Positions 50,763 through 62,839 of a DNA stretch of 64,000 bases are shown one piece after another (positions within the stretch are counted from its first letter, which is position 1; the number at the start of each line of letters is the position of its first letter). The notes under the pieces were generated by a model. It was not told where the DNA came from. It did no database searches and saw only the letters and a list, made by a program, of their open reading frames with translations. The translations under genes were made by a program, and so were the position numbers. The DNA is from Lama guanicoe. Its lineage: Eukaryota. The stretch covers positions 2,586,324-2,650,323 of the forward strand of contig MU053559.1 of assembly GCA_013239625.1 (NCBI GenBank), given 5' to 3'.

Positions 50763-51278
50763 TCAATTAGCCTGAAGTTGACCTTCTTTTTTTTGCCCCC
50801 ATAACCTCTTCCTAAGCAGTGATATTTGCAAAATCTGAAATGCTGGTCTTATTTTTTTCAACCTATGCAACTCTTAAAATAAACACATTCCCTGAATCCT
50901 GAATACTTTCCGAAGTCACGGAAAGTGCTACATCGGCATTCTCTTACCTGGCTTGGGGCAACTCTGTTGAAATGTGACCCGCTGTATGGAAAGAAGAGCT
51001 TCCTTTTCCGAATCCCTCCATCAGCAATGGGATGAACAAGTTGTGGTTGGCCGGCGGGGCAGGAGAGGATGCGGGGAGCAGAGTGTTGCCGCATTCCAAG
51101 AGGTGTGAACAAGGTTAAAGGATGCTTTGCTGATGTGTCTTGACACGGAGGGTACCTGTGTAAGGCTGATCTTTCTGTCTGCGCGTGGTGAGAGGCAGAG
51201 AGAGAGAGGGTGCGGAGGGGGCTGTCTTCAGTTCTTTTCTCTCTGATCTTCTACTGCCTCCTCCTCTCGGCTTGGCAG

Positions 51279-51567
51279 ATCTTCCCAGGCGCTGAGGGAT
51301 GGCCGCTGCCCAAGTACGTGGGCTCCTGTGGCCGGTTACTGGTCAGCACCAGCACCAGTCCGCTGCAGGAATTCTATGGTGCGCCCCCAGACCAGGCGGC
51401 CGACCTGGCTTACCAGGTCCTGGGTGTCCTGGAGTCTCTGAGGAGCAACGATTTGAACTACTTCTTCTACTTCACCCGCGTTGATGCGGCCATGTTTGGT
51501 ATCTTCAACAACGGACATCTGTTCATCCGGGATGCCAGTGCACTGGGCGTCATCGACAGGCAGGAAG
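51279..51567 (+). CDS. DIPK2B: DIPK2B coding exon 4 (core of kinase-like domain)
   Basis: Acceptor tggcag|ATC; IFPGAEGWPLPKYVGSCGR...FIRDASALGVIDRQE(G); donor AAG|GTACCC at 51568; 289 nt, phase 1. Confidence 0.96.
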
Positions 51568-52704
51568 GTACCCAGCATGGATTCTGGCTAAGCAGCTGCC
51601 GGAAGGGAACAGGAGCTGGGGAGGGGTGACAAGGGGGTGGCCCCACTGGGCCTCACCAGTCTCCATGTGTCACAGTGAGAGCAGCTCAAGTTCGAGGAAG
51701 AGGGGGGGTCCCTCTCCCTCTTTGGAGTCTCTGCTCCAGCTCCAAAGGGGAACTGGACTTGATCTTGTCCATGGGGTAGGGGGAGATTTGCATCATGGTG
51801 GCCCCAACTGCACCCTCCAAGGGCACTGCTGTTGTCCAGTTGGGTCTGGGTGGCATGGGGTCCTGGCCTGCCCTCCTCACACATGTACATCCCCAGATCC
51901 GTCTCCCCCTTCCCAGCCTTTCTCATCAGATGCTTTTAGACTTTATCTGAACTATCTGGCTGTTTCACTGGTTAATTTCACAACCCATTTTGACACCTTT
52001 GCTTTTTATAAAGGTTTCAAATTGAAAAGCATGGCACCGAATGAGGTGTATGAATGAATCGTGTTGCTCGTGATGTGCACAGATGCATCCAGGGTCCTAG
52101 AACCCTTCAAACATCCCAGTCTCTAATGGTGACCAGATTTTTCTTAGCCTGAGAATGGGACAGAGGATTTTTCACCTCCAATTTCTGATTTTGTTTACAT
52201 GAGAAGGCCTCCAAAGATAGACCAATTAAACCACACTTACTCATGATCTGATTTGCCTTTACTAAGAAGGCTCAAATTAGAAGGAATGAGGTTGATTCCA
52301 GAATATCTGGGACCATTGAATATCAGTTGAATGCATATTCTGGATTCCCTGTTCTTTCTGTGGACTTTGTATTTAACAAGGGCAAATGCAACTGGCCCTA
52401 GGAATTTCCTGAGTTCCCTAATTCAGTATAATCACACTATGCGTGTGAGCCCTACAATTAGAAGCCCAATTTCTGGGAGGGATAAGTGTGTTTTCCGTGC
52501 CGGGCCTCATCTTACTGTAGCAGTGAGAGCTCCCCACAGGCTCTCAACAGGGGGCCATTGTGTCCCTGAGCCCTGCATCTCCTGCTGACAGGAGATGCTA
52601 AGAGACTAAACCACTTTGCCCAGTAATTCTCATTAGCAGCACCCCACCCCCCTCCCAAGGAATACAGGTGGTAGGGTGTGTAAGAGCATCCATCTCTCTT
52701 CTAG

Positions 52705-53045
52705 GCAGCCAAGCAGCCACTAGGGCAGAAGAGAATAAAGACATCTTCAGCTGCCTGGTCTCTGGCTGCCAGGTGGAGCTGCCCTCCTGCGACACCGTCC
52801 CTGAGAAGCAGAGCCTGGTGCTGGTGTGCGGGCAGGTGCTGCCTCGGCTTCTCCAGGCCAAGTTCCCGTCCCCAGTGCAGGAGGAGATCGACGCTGCGCT
52901 CGCTCGGTGTGGGGAGGGCGCCCGCCCTGACTCGGAGGTCCTCGGGGCTGCCAGGCAGCTGAAGGACGTCCTGAGGCCCCTGAGAACCTGTGACCCCAGA
53001 TTCGCCTACCGCTACCCAGACTGCAAGTATGATGACAAGTTCTGA
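52705..53045 (+). CDS. DIPK2B: DIPK2B coding exon 5 (terminal)
   Basis: Acceptor ctcttctag|GC completes Gly; SQAATRAEENKDIFSCLVSGC...RTCDPRFAYRYPDCKYDDKF then TGA at 53043-53045; 341 nt; total spliced CDS 233+265+174+289+341 = 1302 nt (433 aa). Confidence 0.96.
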
Positions 53046-54799
53046 GGGGCTGGAGCCCTGCTCGCCTCTGGGGACCACGTCCTTGGCCTTCCATCACCCG
53101 GTTGACTGGCTGGACTGCAAGGATGAAAGCCGTAGCAGCCGCTTAGACATCGGCAGACATGCGCATCCGTTTCCCAGGGGCGGAAGAACAGGCCAATGAC
53201 TGGGGAGGGCGGCTGCATGACACGGGGTGGTGTGATCACCCCCACAGGCCAGGACATCATGGAAGAACCCAGGGGTGGGCATCAGAAGGCCTTGGGGGTG
53301 CATCCTCACTCGGCCTCTTTGAGCCCCAGTTTTCTCTCTTCTCCACCAGACTCTGGAGTTAGTGAAAGAAGACAGAGGTATGAAGGGCCAGGGACATGTG
53401 CTCCCTCCCCCCAGCCCACGTGGTTGCAAAGAATGTTCCAGAAGCATGCACATGCAGGGCAAAGGAGACAGAGCCATAAAGGTGAAAAGGCTGGCATGGA
53501 GGGAGGACGATGGGAAGGTGAGGCCCCAGGCCAGCAGCACCTCAGACCTGGACAAGAGGAGCCCCCTCCCTGCTCCCTGTGCCCCCAGGCTCAGCCCTTC
53601 TGTCACGCTCCCCACACTGCCACGGTGAGGAGTGAGGAGACTGCAGGCCAAGGGGACGTGTGGACAGGACCACACCCTGGGTGCCCGGGACCCTAGAGAG
53701 GCACTTCGTGGTGTGAGAAGGAGCCAGGGGTGAGAAGAGAAGAGGGGTGGGCTGGGTGGGCTGGGGGTCCCATGTGTCTGTCCAGGTCCTCTGAGAACCA
53801 GCTGTCAAGCCGGGACTGATGGCATTAAGGAAGATGCCTGTTTGGAAGGGAAGGAGGAGGGAGCCAGAGCCAGCTGGGCCAGCCATCAAGCCACGCTGCA
53901 GGCAATCGAAGGAAGGCTCGGCAAGGCTGTCAGGGGGTCCTCGGGGCAAAGCCAGCCATCAGAGTGGCCACCCAGGAAGGGATGGCCCTTCTGTCCCTGC
54001 TGCAGGGAACTGCGTGGCCTCAGCCCAACCGCAAGGACAGATTTCAAACCTCAGCACGGGATGCTCAGCCAGTTCTGCTCCCCAGAGTCTGAGGTCTGTG
54101 AGTAGGACATTGTGATCGCAGCCACAGCCGGGGACCAGGGCCAGCTCTCTCCCCACCACAGCCTCCAGTGTAGGACACTACAAGTCTGAGAATATTCATT
54201 CAAACTTCGCCTTACAGGTCGTTCTAAAAATGTGTTTTCCAGGTCAGCCAACAAAACATCTTTTATGCAATACGTGGTGTGTGGGTCCTCCATGTATACC
54301 CTTGCCCGGGCCCCTCAAACACTAGTGGGGGTTCCTGGGACCTTTGCCCGGCCTCCCTGTCCGTCCTCTACCCGCTGGGACCTGTCAGTTGGCCTCCTTT
54401 TTTCTACCTCTGAATCATCAATTTTAAGGTCCGGATGCCTGGCTTCGTAAGCCTCATGCTGCAGACGGGGAAACTGAGGCCCATGGAGAAAGAATGACTT
54501 GCTGAGATAGTTTCAGAACTCCTGCTGCCAGTCCAGGCTCCTCTTGCCTCCCCCTTCAGCCTTTGTCCTGTCCAATCCTGGTCCCTTCGGTCACATTTAA
54601 AAACGAGCAAAGAATAGTCTAATTTTGTGGTGCGCTACGTTGCCTTTGGGGCTTCCCTTCGGATTGCTCTAGGCCAACTACTTCCGGGGCAACTGTGAAA
54701 GTGAGGATGACAGGCCAAGCTTCCGGAAGGGCAGGCTTGGGCTGTCTCAGTGTCTCTGAGACAGTTGCCTACCGGTGTGGTCTGGAGACAAGGATTGAT

Positions 54800-54944
54800 C
54801 ACCCTTTCCAACACCTTGCTTTTAGTCCAGTGAAACTGATCTTAGACTTCTGGCCTTCAGAACTCTGGGAAAATAAATTCCTCTTGTTTGAAGCCTCTCA
54901 GTTTGGAGTAATTTGTTGTAGCAGCCACAGGAAACAAACGCATA
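54800..54944 (+). mobile_element. MaLR LTR 3' fragment (MLT1D-like) in the putative 3' UTR
   Basis: ccaacaccttg...agacttctggccttcagaact...aataaattcctcttgttt...aatttgttgtagcagccacaggaaac. Confidence 0.75.
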
Positions 54945-55413
54945 CCCCGAACTCCATCTTAGTGTCTGCTTCCAGAGAACCCCACTTGCAATGCTCCCCT
55001 ACTTCAGTCTAATGTGACGGATTCCAACGCCAGACCTGCCAGCAGGGAGTGTGTTATGCAGCTAAACCCGGGGTGAGGCTTGGATGGTTCTGTTCCTCCA
55101 CTTATTAAGCCTCGGGCATCATTTAAGACCCTGAGTCCTGCCTTGACCCAAAACGTTTCCTGACAGCCCGGCCCCCAGCGAGCCCTTTCTGAATCCCACG
55201 TCTGTACCCCTGAGCCCCAGGCCTATGCCCATTTGAGGCTAATCCCAAGGGTATTCCAGAGACTCTGTGCAGTGCCTTCCTATCCAGCTCTTTTTGTTCC
55301 CCGCAGCAGCCAGCACAGGGCTGGGCACAGAGCAGGTGCTTGGAAAACGTTCTTGCTGAGAATAACGACTGTGTTCTTCAGTCCTTTTTGTTTGGTGTTT
55401 TTCATGCACCACA

Positions 55414-55777
55414 TGCTCTAGACTGAACACTTGTGTCCCTTCCAAATGCGTAAGTTGAAATCCTCATCCCCAATGTGATGGTATTTGGAGGTGGGAACTT
55501 TGGGAGGTAACTAGGTCATGACGATGGAGCCCTTGTGAATAGAGTTAGTGCCCTTATAAAAGAAATCCCAGAGAACTCCCTCACTCCTGCCACCATGTGA
55601 GGACACAGCAAGAAGGTCCTAGCTAGGGACCAAGAAACTTGCTCTCAGCAAACACCAGATCTGCCAGTGCTGTGATCTCGGACTTCCCAGCCACCAGAAC
55701 TATGAGAAATAAATGTTTGTTGCTTCTAAGCTACCCCGTCAACGGTATTCTTACAGCAGCCCGAATGGACAAAGACA
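55414..55777 (+). mobile_element. Complete MaLR solo LTR (MLT1A-like) in the putative 3' UTR
   Basis: TG...CA ends; gttgaaatcctcatccccaatgtgatggtatttggaggtggg...gacttcccagccaccagaactatgagaaataaatg; flanks ccaca / ccatg. Confidence 0.85.
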
Positions 55778-55970
55778 CCATGCTGGCCATGTACAGGACA
55801 CAGCCACGTCCTGGAGCCCAGCTCTTTCCCCTCAGTAGCCAGGAGACAAGTAAATTGACACCCAAGAGACTTCAGCCAGAACACAATCCTTGTAGTATAT
55901 TCTCAGTCCCCTGGACTCTGATTGGAAGGGTTATTTTTCTGAGTTTTGCCAGCCACTGTCTTTTCGCCTA

Positions 55971-56116
55971 CAGGACTGGCTACATGATTTGCAGGGCCCA
56001 GTGCAAAATGAAACAGTGGGGCCTCCTGGCATCGAGACTTGCAACATGGGGCCCAGCAGAGCATTAAACTAAGGGCAGGCAACTGTCTAGGTTACATGCC
56101 TGAGAAGCCAGCCCTG
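55971..56116 (+). mobile_element. MER45-like hAT-Tip100 element
   Basis: caggactggct...tttgcagggcccagtgcaaaatgaaa...gaagccagccctg terminal inverted repeats. Confidence 0.65.
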
Positions 56117-56455
56117 GGTGCCCGAGAATCCTGATTCACCTCTGCGGAGACGGTACTTGGGGTTTACCGGGAACTCACCTGACTTTCATAACCAAGGGCA
56201 GTAACCGTGGGGCCAGAGATGATATATAAAATATTTAATAACTGCCATCTGACATAGGAGAACACACTCCAATGCCTGCAGTGAGCCCTGAGGTCGAGTC
56301 CTGCTTTTCAAATGGGGAACCTGGTGCAAGCAATTTGCTGAAATCAACAATTTTGGTTGATTTTTAGGTCTCCTGCTTTCCCAGCCCTCCTCGTAGCATC
56401 TGATTTCTGCCTACCAGTGACTGCAGAAGCCTGAACGCTTCTTCTACAGAGTTAA

Positions 56456-56461
56456 AATAAA
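56456..56461 (+). terminator. Candidate distal polyadenylation signal of DIPK2B
   Basis: AATAAA in non-repeat-looking DNA ~3.4 kb after the stop, followed by T/GT-rich sequence (tcctttgttggatttgtgttcatttt). Confidence 0.5.
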
Positions 56462-56494
56462 TCCTTTGTTGGATTTGTGTTCATTTTGGAAAGA

Positions 56495-56695
56495 TCTAGA
56501 AGCCTGGAATCAGACAGGCCCAGTTTCAAATCATGACTTGGCTGGTTACTGTGTAACCTCGGGCAAGTTGCTTAACCTCTCTGAGTCTCCCTTTCCTCCA
56601 TCTATAAAGTGATGAGAAAAAGATTTACCCTGGCAGGGTTATTGGCCTGTTTAAATAATACATTGTCTTTTAAGAGCTTGGCACATCTGGGCATT
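56495..56695 (+). mobile_element. MIR SINE
   Basis: ctgtgtaacctcgggcaagttgcttaacctctctgagtctccctttcctccatctataaagtg. Confidence 0.8.
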
Positions 56696-58327
56696 CTATA
56701 TTTGAAAGTGAATGCAAGGAAAGAGCAGAGGGTTTCCCGGCAGGAAGGTCTGCTGACACAGCCAAGGCGATTGCTGCAGCCTCTCGGGAGGGACCCTGAT
56801 CCTCGCCCCTAGGCTCTGCTCCAGCCCAGAGGAACCACCAGATTGCCAGACGGTCTGACTGGGGCCATTTTTCTTCCCGCTCACCATCCAGACTCTGGGT
56901 TGATTGTCAATGACAGCTGGGCAGCCAGTACACTTGCCTCTCCAGCCTGGCCCTCCACCAGGCTTTGAAGGGGATCCTTCTCAAGCAGGTAACGTTGGGA
57001 GCCCTGGGAAGTCCACCCGTGCTCAGCGTCCAACAGATCCAAGTATCCAGCTTGGCCGGTGGAAAGCTCCTGACTCACATGCGATGTGGCTTTTCTGCCC
57101 ACGTCAGGCCTGTTGCCCGCATATAATGGCACAGCTGAGCCCACGTGCACACACGTCTCCTCTGCTCTGCCCACAGCTCTTTGTGTCATTACTGAAAAAT
57201 GATTGCGGCCGCAGGCTGCATGGAAGAGTCAACACCCAGGCGAGGGGCCCCAAATTTGCAGATATAATGACCCTTCAAGAAGGCAACTTGGAGGAATAGG
57301 CTGGCAAAGAAGGACTAAGTGGCCCGCCCATTGGCACGTTTCAGGTCCTGTGCCAAGTCCATCTTACCAAAGTCAGTGCTTCACAGTTATTGATTGCAGC
57401 ATTGTCAGTCATTGCTGATGCTGGAAACAACCTAAATGCCCGTACACCGGAGAGTGGTCGAATAAGCTGCAGTACATCCACACTGTGGAGTGCTGTGCAG
57501 CTCTACAAATGAATAAGGAAGATCTCTAGGAACTGGTATGGAATGATTTGTAAGATATACTGTGAAGTGAGGGCAAAAAAGCAAAGCACACAAGGGTATT
57601 TATAGGATGCTACCTTTCATGGAAGAAAGGCGATATAAGAGAATATTTATGGATCTGCTCACCTATGATGCAAAATATAGACATATAGACATAAAGTCAT
57701 ATAGACATAAAGAATAAACCAGAAGCTAATGAGATTGGTTACCTACAGGGGATGGGTGTCAGTGGGGTGGAAAAAGGGAGGAATGGGAGTGGAGTAGTAG
57801 GGATGAGGAGGGGGTAGAACTTTTCTGAGTATATTTTTTTGGTATAACTCTGGCTCTTAGAACCGTGGGAATTTCCCCCATAACGCACAAGTAAATAATT
57901 AAGATCAACCAGGATGTGGCTTGAACTCAAATGAAATATAAACAATAACAAATGGACCCAACTGTGTTACAAATGAACAAAATAAGTACATCAAGGAACA
58001 GACCTCAGTGACTTGGAAAGGAAGCATTTTGACTACATAGTATAAGACTAAAAACAAAAAGAACTGTACCCACACTTTGAAACGGTTAATTTTATATTGT
58101 GTGGGTTTCACCTCAATTTCAAAAGAGAGAGGAAAAAAGAACCACATACAAAGATTGTGCTCTAGTTAATATTTCTCCCAGGAGGATCTGGGTTAGCAAT
58201 TCTGAAACTACTTTAGATTTTGAGCAAGTAAGTAAATGTATTGTGGATAATGACAGATAGGCTTCTCATTGTTGGAGAAAGGAGTTACAAGGAAGGAAAG
58301 AGGGAATTTTGTGTCACCTCTAATTTT

Positions 58328-59472
58328 TTTTCCTTTTTCAGTTTTATTAGGTAGAATTATTACAGTTCAACTGCAGATATACATTATATTGCAGGTAAAC
58401 ACATATATACATTTTTTTTTAGTTTACATATATGTACTGATCATTGTTTCTAAGAACAAATTAGAGCTTTTGCTTTTTAAACTTACATAGTTATCAAAGA
58501 AATAAAGCAAAGCACAAAATAAGAATCAACGGAATGCGGTAATCCAATCATAAAGGACAGTCAAATGTGCTTACACATATTCAAGAAATCAATCATCTAA
58601 GTTATAAATAAGTAGTTCATTTGTGTCCTTTTTTTTTTTTTAGATTCCACATATGACTGATATCACATGCCATTTTTCTTTCTCTTTCTGGCTTACTTCA
58701 CTTAGAATGACATCCTCCAGGAGCATCCACGTTGCTGCAAATGGCATTATGTTGTCGTTTTTATGGCTGAATAGTATTCCATTGTGCATATACACCGTAT
58801 CTTCTTTATCCAGTCATCTATTGATGGACATTTGGGTTGTTTCATGTCTTGGCTATTGTAAATAGTGCTGCTATGAACATTGGGGTGCATGTATCTTTTT
58901 GAATTAGAGTCCCCTCTGGATATATGCCCAGGAATGGGATTGCTGGATCATATGGTAAGTCTCTTTTCAATTTTTTAAGGAATCTCCATACTGTTTTCCA
59001 TAATGGCTGCACCAAGCTACATTCCCACCAACAGTTTAGAAAGGTTCCCTTTTCTCCACACCCTCTCCAGCATCTATCATTTGCAGATTTTTTAACGATG
59101 GCCATTCTGGTTGATGTGAGGTGATACCTCATTCTAGTTTTGATCTGCATTTCTTTGACAATTAGCAGTGCTGAGCATTTTTTTCATGTGCCTATTGGCC
59201 ATTTGTATGTCTTCATTGGAGAATTGCTTGTTTAGGTCTTCTGCGCATTTTTGGATTGGGTTGCTTGTTTTTTTGATATTAAGGTGTATGAGCTGTTTGT
59301 ATATTTTGGAAATTAGTCCCTTGTTGGTCACATCATTTGCAAATATTTTCTCCCATTCTGTAGGTTGTCTTTTCGTTTTGTTTATGGTGTGCAAAGGCTT
59401 TTAAGTTTAACTAGATCCCATTTGTTTATTTTTGCTTTATTTCCATCACTCCAGGTGCTGGTTCAAAAAATA
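58328..59472 (-). mobile_element. 5'-truncated LINE-1 with atypical 3' tail (copy B)
   Basis: ORFs 58842-59150 and 59134-59394 are the L1 ORF2 C-terminus; 17-bp TSD gtgtcacctcYaatttt at 58311-58327 and 59473-59489. Confidence 0.92.
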
Positions 59473-60518
59473 GTGTCACCTCCAATTTTGAATCCTGTGA
59501 TGTTAGACTGGAATTGGAGCTATCATCAACTCAGGATTTTTGATACACAGATATGGATAGATATAGGAATAGATAAAGATGTGAGTGTATGGAAATATAT
59601 TTCCTAGCTCTGTCTCTGAGAGGGTCTATAAGCAATGATGCCCCAGTACCCAGTGCCCAGGTCTTGGTTTCTTCAGTAAAAGAAGCCAGAGCTTTTTGGA
59701 GAAATGGCTGATTCCACAACTAAGACAGGGAAAAGCACAAGACGAGCCTGGAATTATCTTGTGTAGCCAGAAAGGAAGGAAGTGCTCAAAAAACTAGGGG
59801 CATGTCAGAAGGACACAGTAGCCAACTTGAAGGGGCTCCCAATAGCCAAATAGCTATAAAATAAACAATGATAGTAATGGACTATAACCTATAGAATAAA
59901 ACCAGTTCTTATGAGACCACACTGATATAAACAAACAACAAAATAAGTCAATAAATGGGGAAGGCAAGAGCTGGTCCTTACAGTAGAATTCTAGTTAATC
60001 AATGTGGAAGAAATGATGGGAGTGAAAAGTCACCACTTGGCAAACACCACAGCAATCATTTTTATAGGCAAAGAATCATCAGTGGGGGCTAAAGCTAGTA
60101 GATCAAAGTATGAGAAACAGGATGTTTGCATAGTCTCAAAGTTATCTCGCTACAATATGCTCATTACTCCCAAAGGGAAAAATAGTAAATTTCTGCAAAA
60201 CAAAGCTGGCAGATAATTTTAAACCAATGATCACGGTCAAATCACCAATGGTATGGCACACAGACATCATGTACCTGCTGACAGAATGCACCGAGAAGAG
60301 CACAGCATGACTTCCGTGCTATTCTTCCCCCAAATGCAAAACCTCAATTGAATCATGAGATAACATCAGACAAATTGAGGGACAAGCTACAACTAGTCAT
60401 GAGAGACAAAGAATGACGAAGGAATTATCACAGACTGGAGGAGACTAAGGAGACAGGAGAACTACATGCAACATAAGGTTCTCAGTTGGATCCTGGACCA
60501 GGAAGAGGACATCAGTGA

Positions 60519-61116
60519 TGTCACAACCCACCAGCCCAGACTCACCAGGAGCACACTTGTAGTTGAACAAGTTGGGTTCATTGCTCATTGAAACAAGGGA
60601 GAACACACACCATGGAGCAACATGAGGTGTCTCAGTAAGAGGGGGTTTGAAAGGACTTCACGGAGGATGGGGGCGCTTTAGGTGATTTGGGGGAGGGTTC
60701 AAGGAAACGGGGCTTTGCTCTAGGTACGATGCTGTCAGGAAATGGGGGTAAATCCGTGATTGGCCATCTCAATAAATCTCATCTATCAAGCAGGAGGAAT
60801 GAAGCAGGCTAACACTGTAGTTAGTAAAGCAGGAGGCACTCATAGTAGACAGGATGGGAGGGTGGTGTTTGGTCATTTTGTTTAAACAATATTCATGTAC
60901 TCCATACATGAGTACGGAGTAGCCTTGCTTGGTCTTGACTCATCATGGTCACAGAGTGACCCTGTTTAATGTTAGTGAGCTGAGAAATTGTTTGTGTTCA
61001 AGGAGAAGGCAAAGACCCCGCTGGGAGGGCCAGGCCAGCTCTGAGCAACACCAAGAGGGAGGCCTGATGATGCCAGGCCAGTTCCCAGCTCCTGTGGTCC
61101 ACATTTCTCTTTCTCA
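60519..61116 (-). mobile_element. Solo LTR (ERV1-like) inserted in old L1
   Basis: TG...CA ends, flanks gtga / gtgg; host L1 sequence ggacatcagtg...ggacagttggtggaatc rejoins when the LTR is removed; strand and family inferred. Confidence 0.65.
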
Positions 61117-62839
61117 GTGGGACAGTTGGTGGAATCCCAATAAGGTCTATTAGATTAGCACATAGTTTTGTATCCATGTTAATTTCTTAGTATCAACCAT
61201 TGTACTATGGTTATGTAAGATGTTAACGTCAGGAGCAGTTGGATGAAGGAACTCTGTATACTATTTTGGAACTTTTTTTGTAAGTCTAAAATTCTTGCAA
61301 AATAAAAAGTCAAAAAAGCAACTCAGCGCATGAAGCAGAGATTGTTCGTTACCAGGTGAAGAAGCTGGCTTGCACACTGAGGCTGTGCTATATAAAAAAC
61401 AAAAGACACATCCCAAAACACAAAAGCATTACATGTGTGACAAGATGGTCCTGACTATGAGAAATACATGAGTTGAATTAAAAGGAAGATTCGGGTCTCC
61501 CATTTAGGGCTTACTCCAGAGAGATGCTCAGTGAATAAAAGCACCACTGCACCATTTCCATTATTATTGCTCTTTCTCTCCTGGTCTCTTATTCAATTTG
61601 CCCAAGTGGATGGGGCCGTACTAGAACCAGGCTGCCCCTACCACATTGGAAGGCAGTAGAGACCTGGGGCTCACATGCTCACTTCTGATTTCTTGCCTTC
61701 TACATACAAACCACGGTGTCTTATGTAGACAGGGCATCTCACATGAGTTGAAATCTCCCTTCCCAGCCCCACCCTCACTTGGCTGAATCCACCTTTCTGC
61801 TTCATGCCCCTACCTGGAGCCCCTCTCCGAAAAAAAAATCACTCTTCGGGGGAAATTATGCCAAAACACATAGTTTTGTATATTTTTTAAAAAATAATCC
61901 TACCCAAGGCAGGCAAAATTTCAGGAAAAGAGGCAAGTCATGGAAACTTGGTGAATATAGAATCCTATGGAAAAGCAATTTGGCAATGTTCATCAAGAGC
62001 CTCAAAAAGGATTGCATTTTCTACCCAATCATTTCACTTCTGGGACACTGTCCAAAGGAAGTAATCAAGAATGCAGAGCAATTTATGCACAGACTGACTG
62101 TTCAAAATCATGGGTTGAACACTTGTAACCCCTCCTAAAATGAGAGTAAGTGGAATTTTTAATGGGCATAAAGTATCACACAGGGGGAAATGAGAAAGGA
62201 GAAAAATAGAAACAAAATTTTGAAAGCTGGAAAGCAGATGACAGAACCAAAAGAAGTGAATTCTAAGCTGGCAGCGAAGGATGCTGAGAAACATCCCAAA
62301 TTATTCCACAAAAATCTCTCAAAAGTTTGAGGAATTGACGGCACTAGAGCCCTCAGGAAGTGAGGGAAAAGGCAAAAAGAAGGGTGAGTCCTAAAAGGCC
62401 ATTTTAAGAAGCAATTGGATCCTAGGTTTCTCTTCACCCTCCACCCTTCATAGCCAGGGAGTGGCTGGGTGATGGCCCTTCAAGACCCAACAGAAGAGTA
62501 GAACCTTCTGCCCTGGAGAGTCAATCCAAGGGTCTTCATGGACAACACAGAGAATGGGGCAGCAAGTCACATTGAAAACTGGAGGATCAAGGGCACGTGT
62601 GTACAGTGGCTGCCAGCTCCCTGCCCTCCCCTGCATTGACAGCCTAGCCTCCCCACCCCTCGCCCCCACCCCGAGGCAGGAGAAGTGAAGACAGAGCCTC
62701 CTGGGAAAAGACTAAAAGATCCCAACATCGGGAGCCCCTCAACGACCCCACCCAGCCACGTAAGGTCACAGCTGGCAAGCCCCACTGGCTGTCCAGAGCA
62801 TCCAGTCATTTTTAGTTCCTTATTTCTTTTCCTTTTTTT

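Larger units (their letters stand above)
57400..61320 (+). mobile_element. Old LINE-1 (L1MC/MD-like) long 3' region hosting younger insertions
   Basis: ctggaaacaacctaaatgcc at the start; L1M 3' UTR blocks continue across 58328-59472 and 60519-61116; ends aaataaaaagtcaaaaaa. Confidence 0.65.

Noticed and set aside
53094..54450. Cluster of 60-190-aa ORFs after the stop codon
   Set aside because: GC-rich putative 3' UTR with few stops by composition; no recognisable homology.
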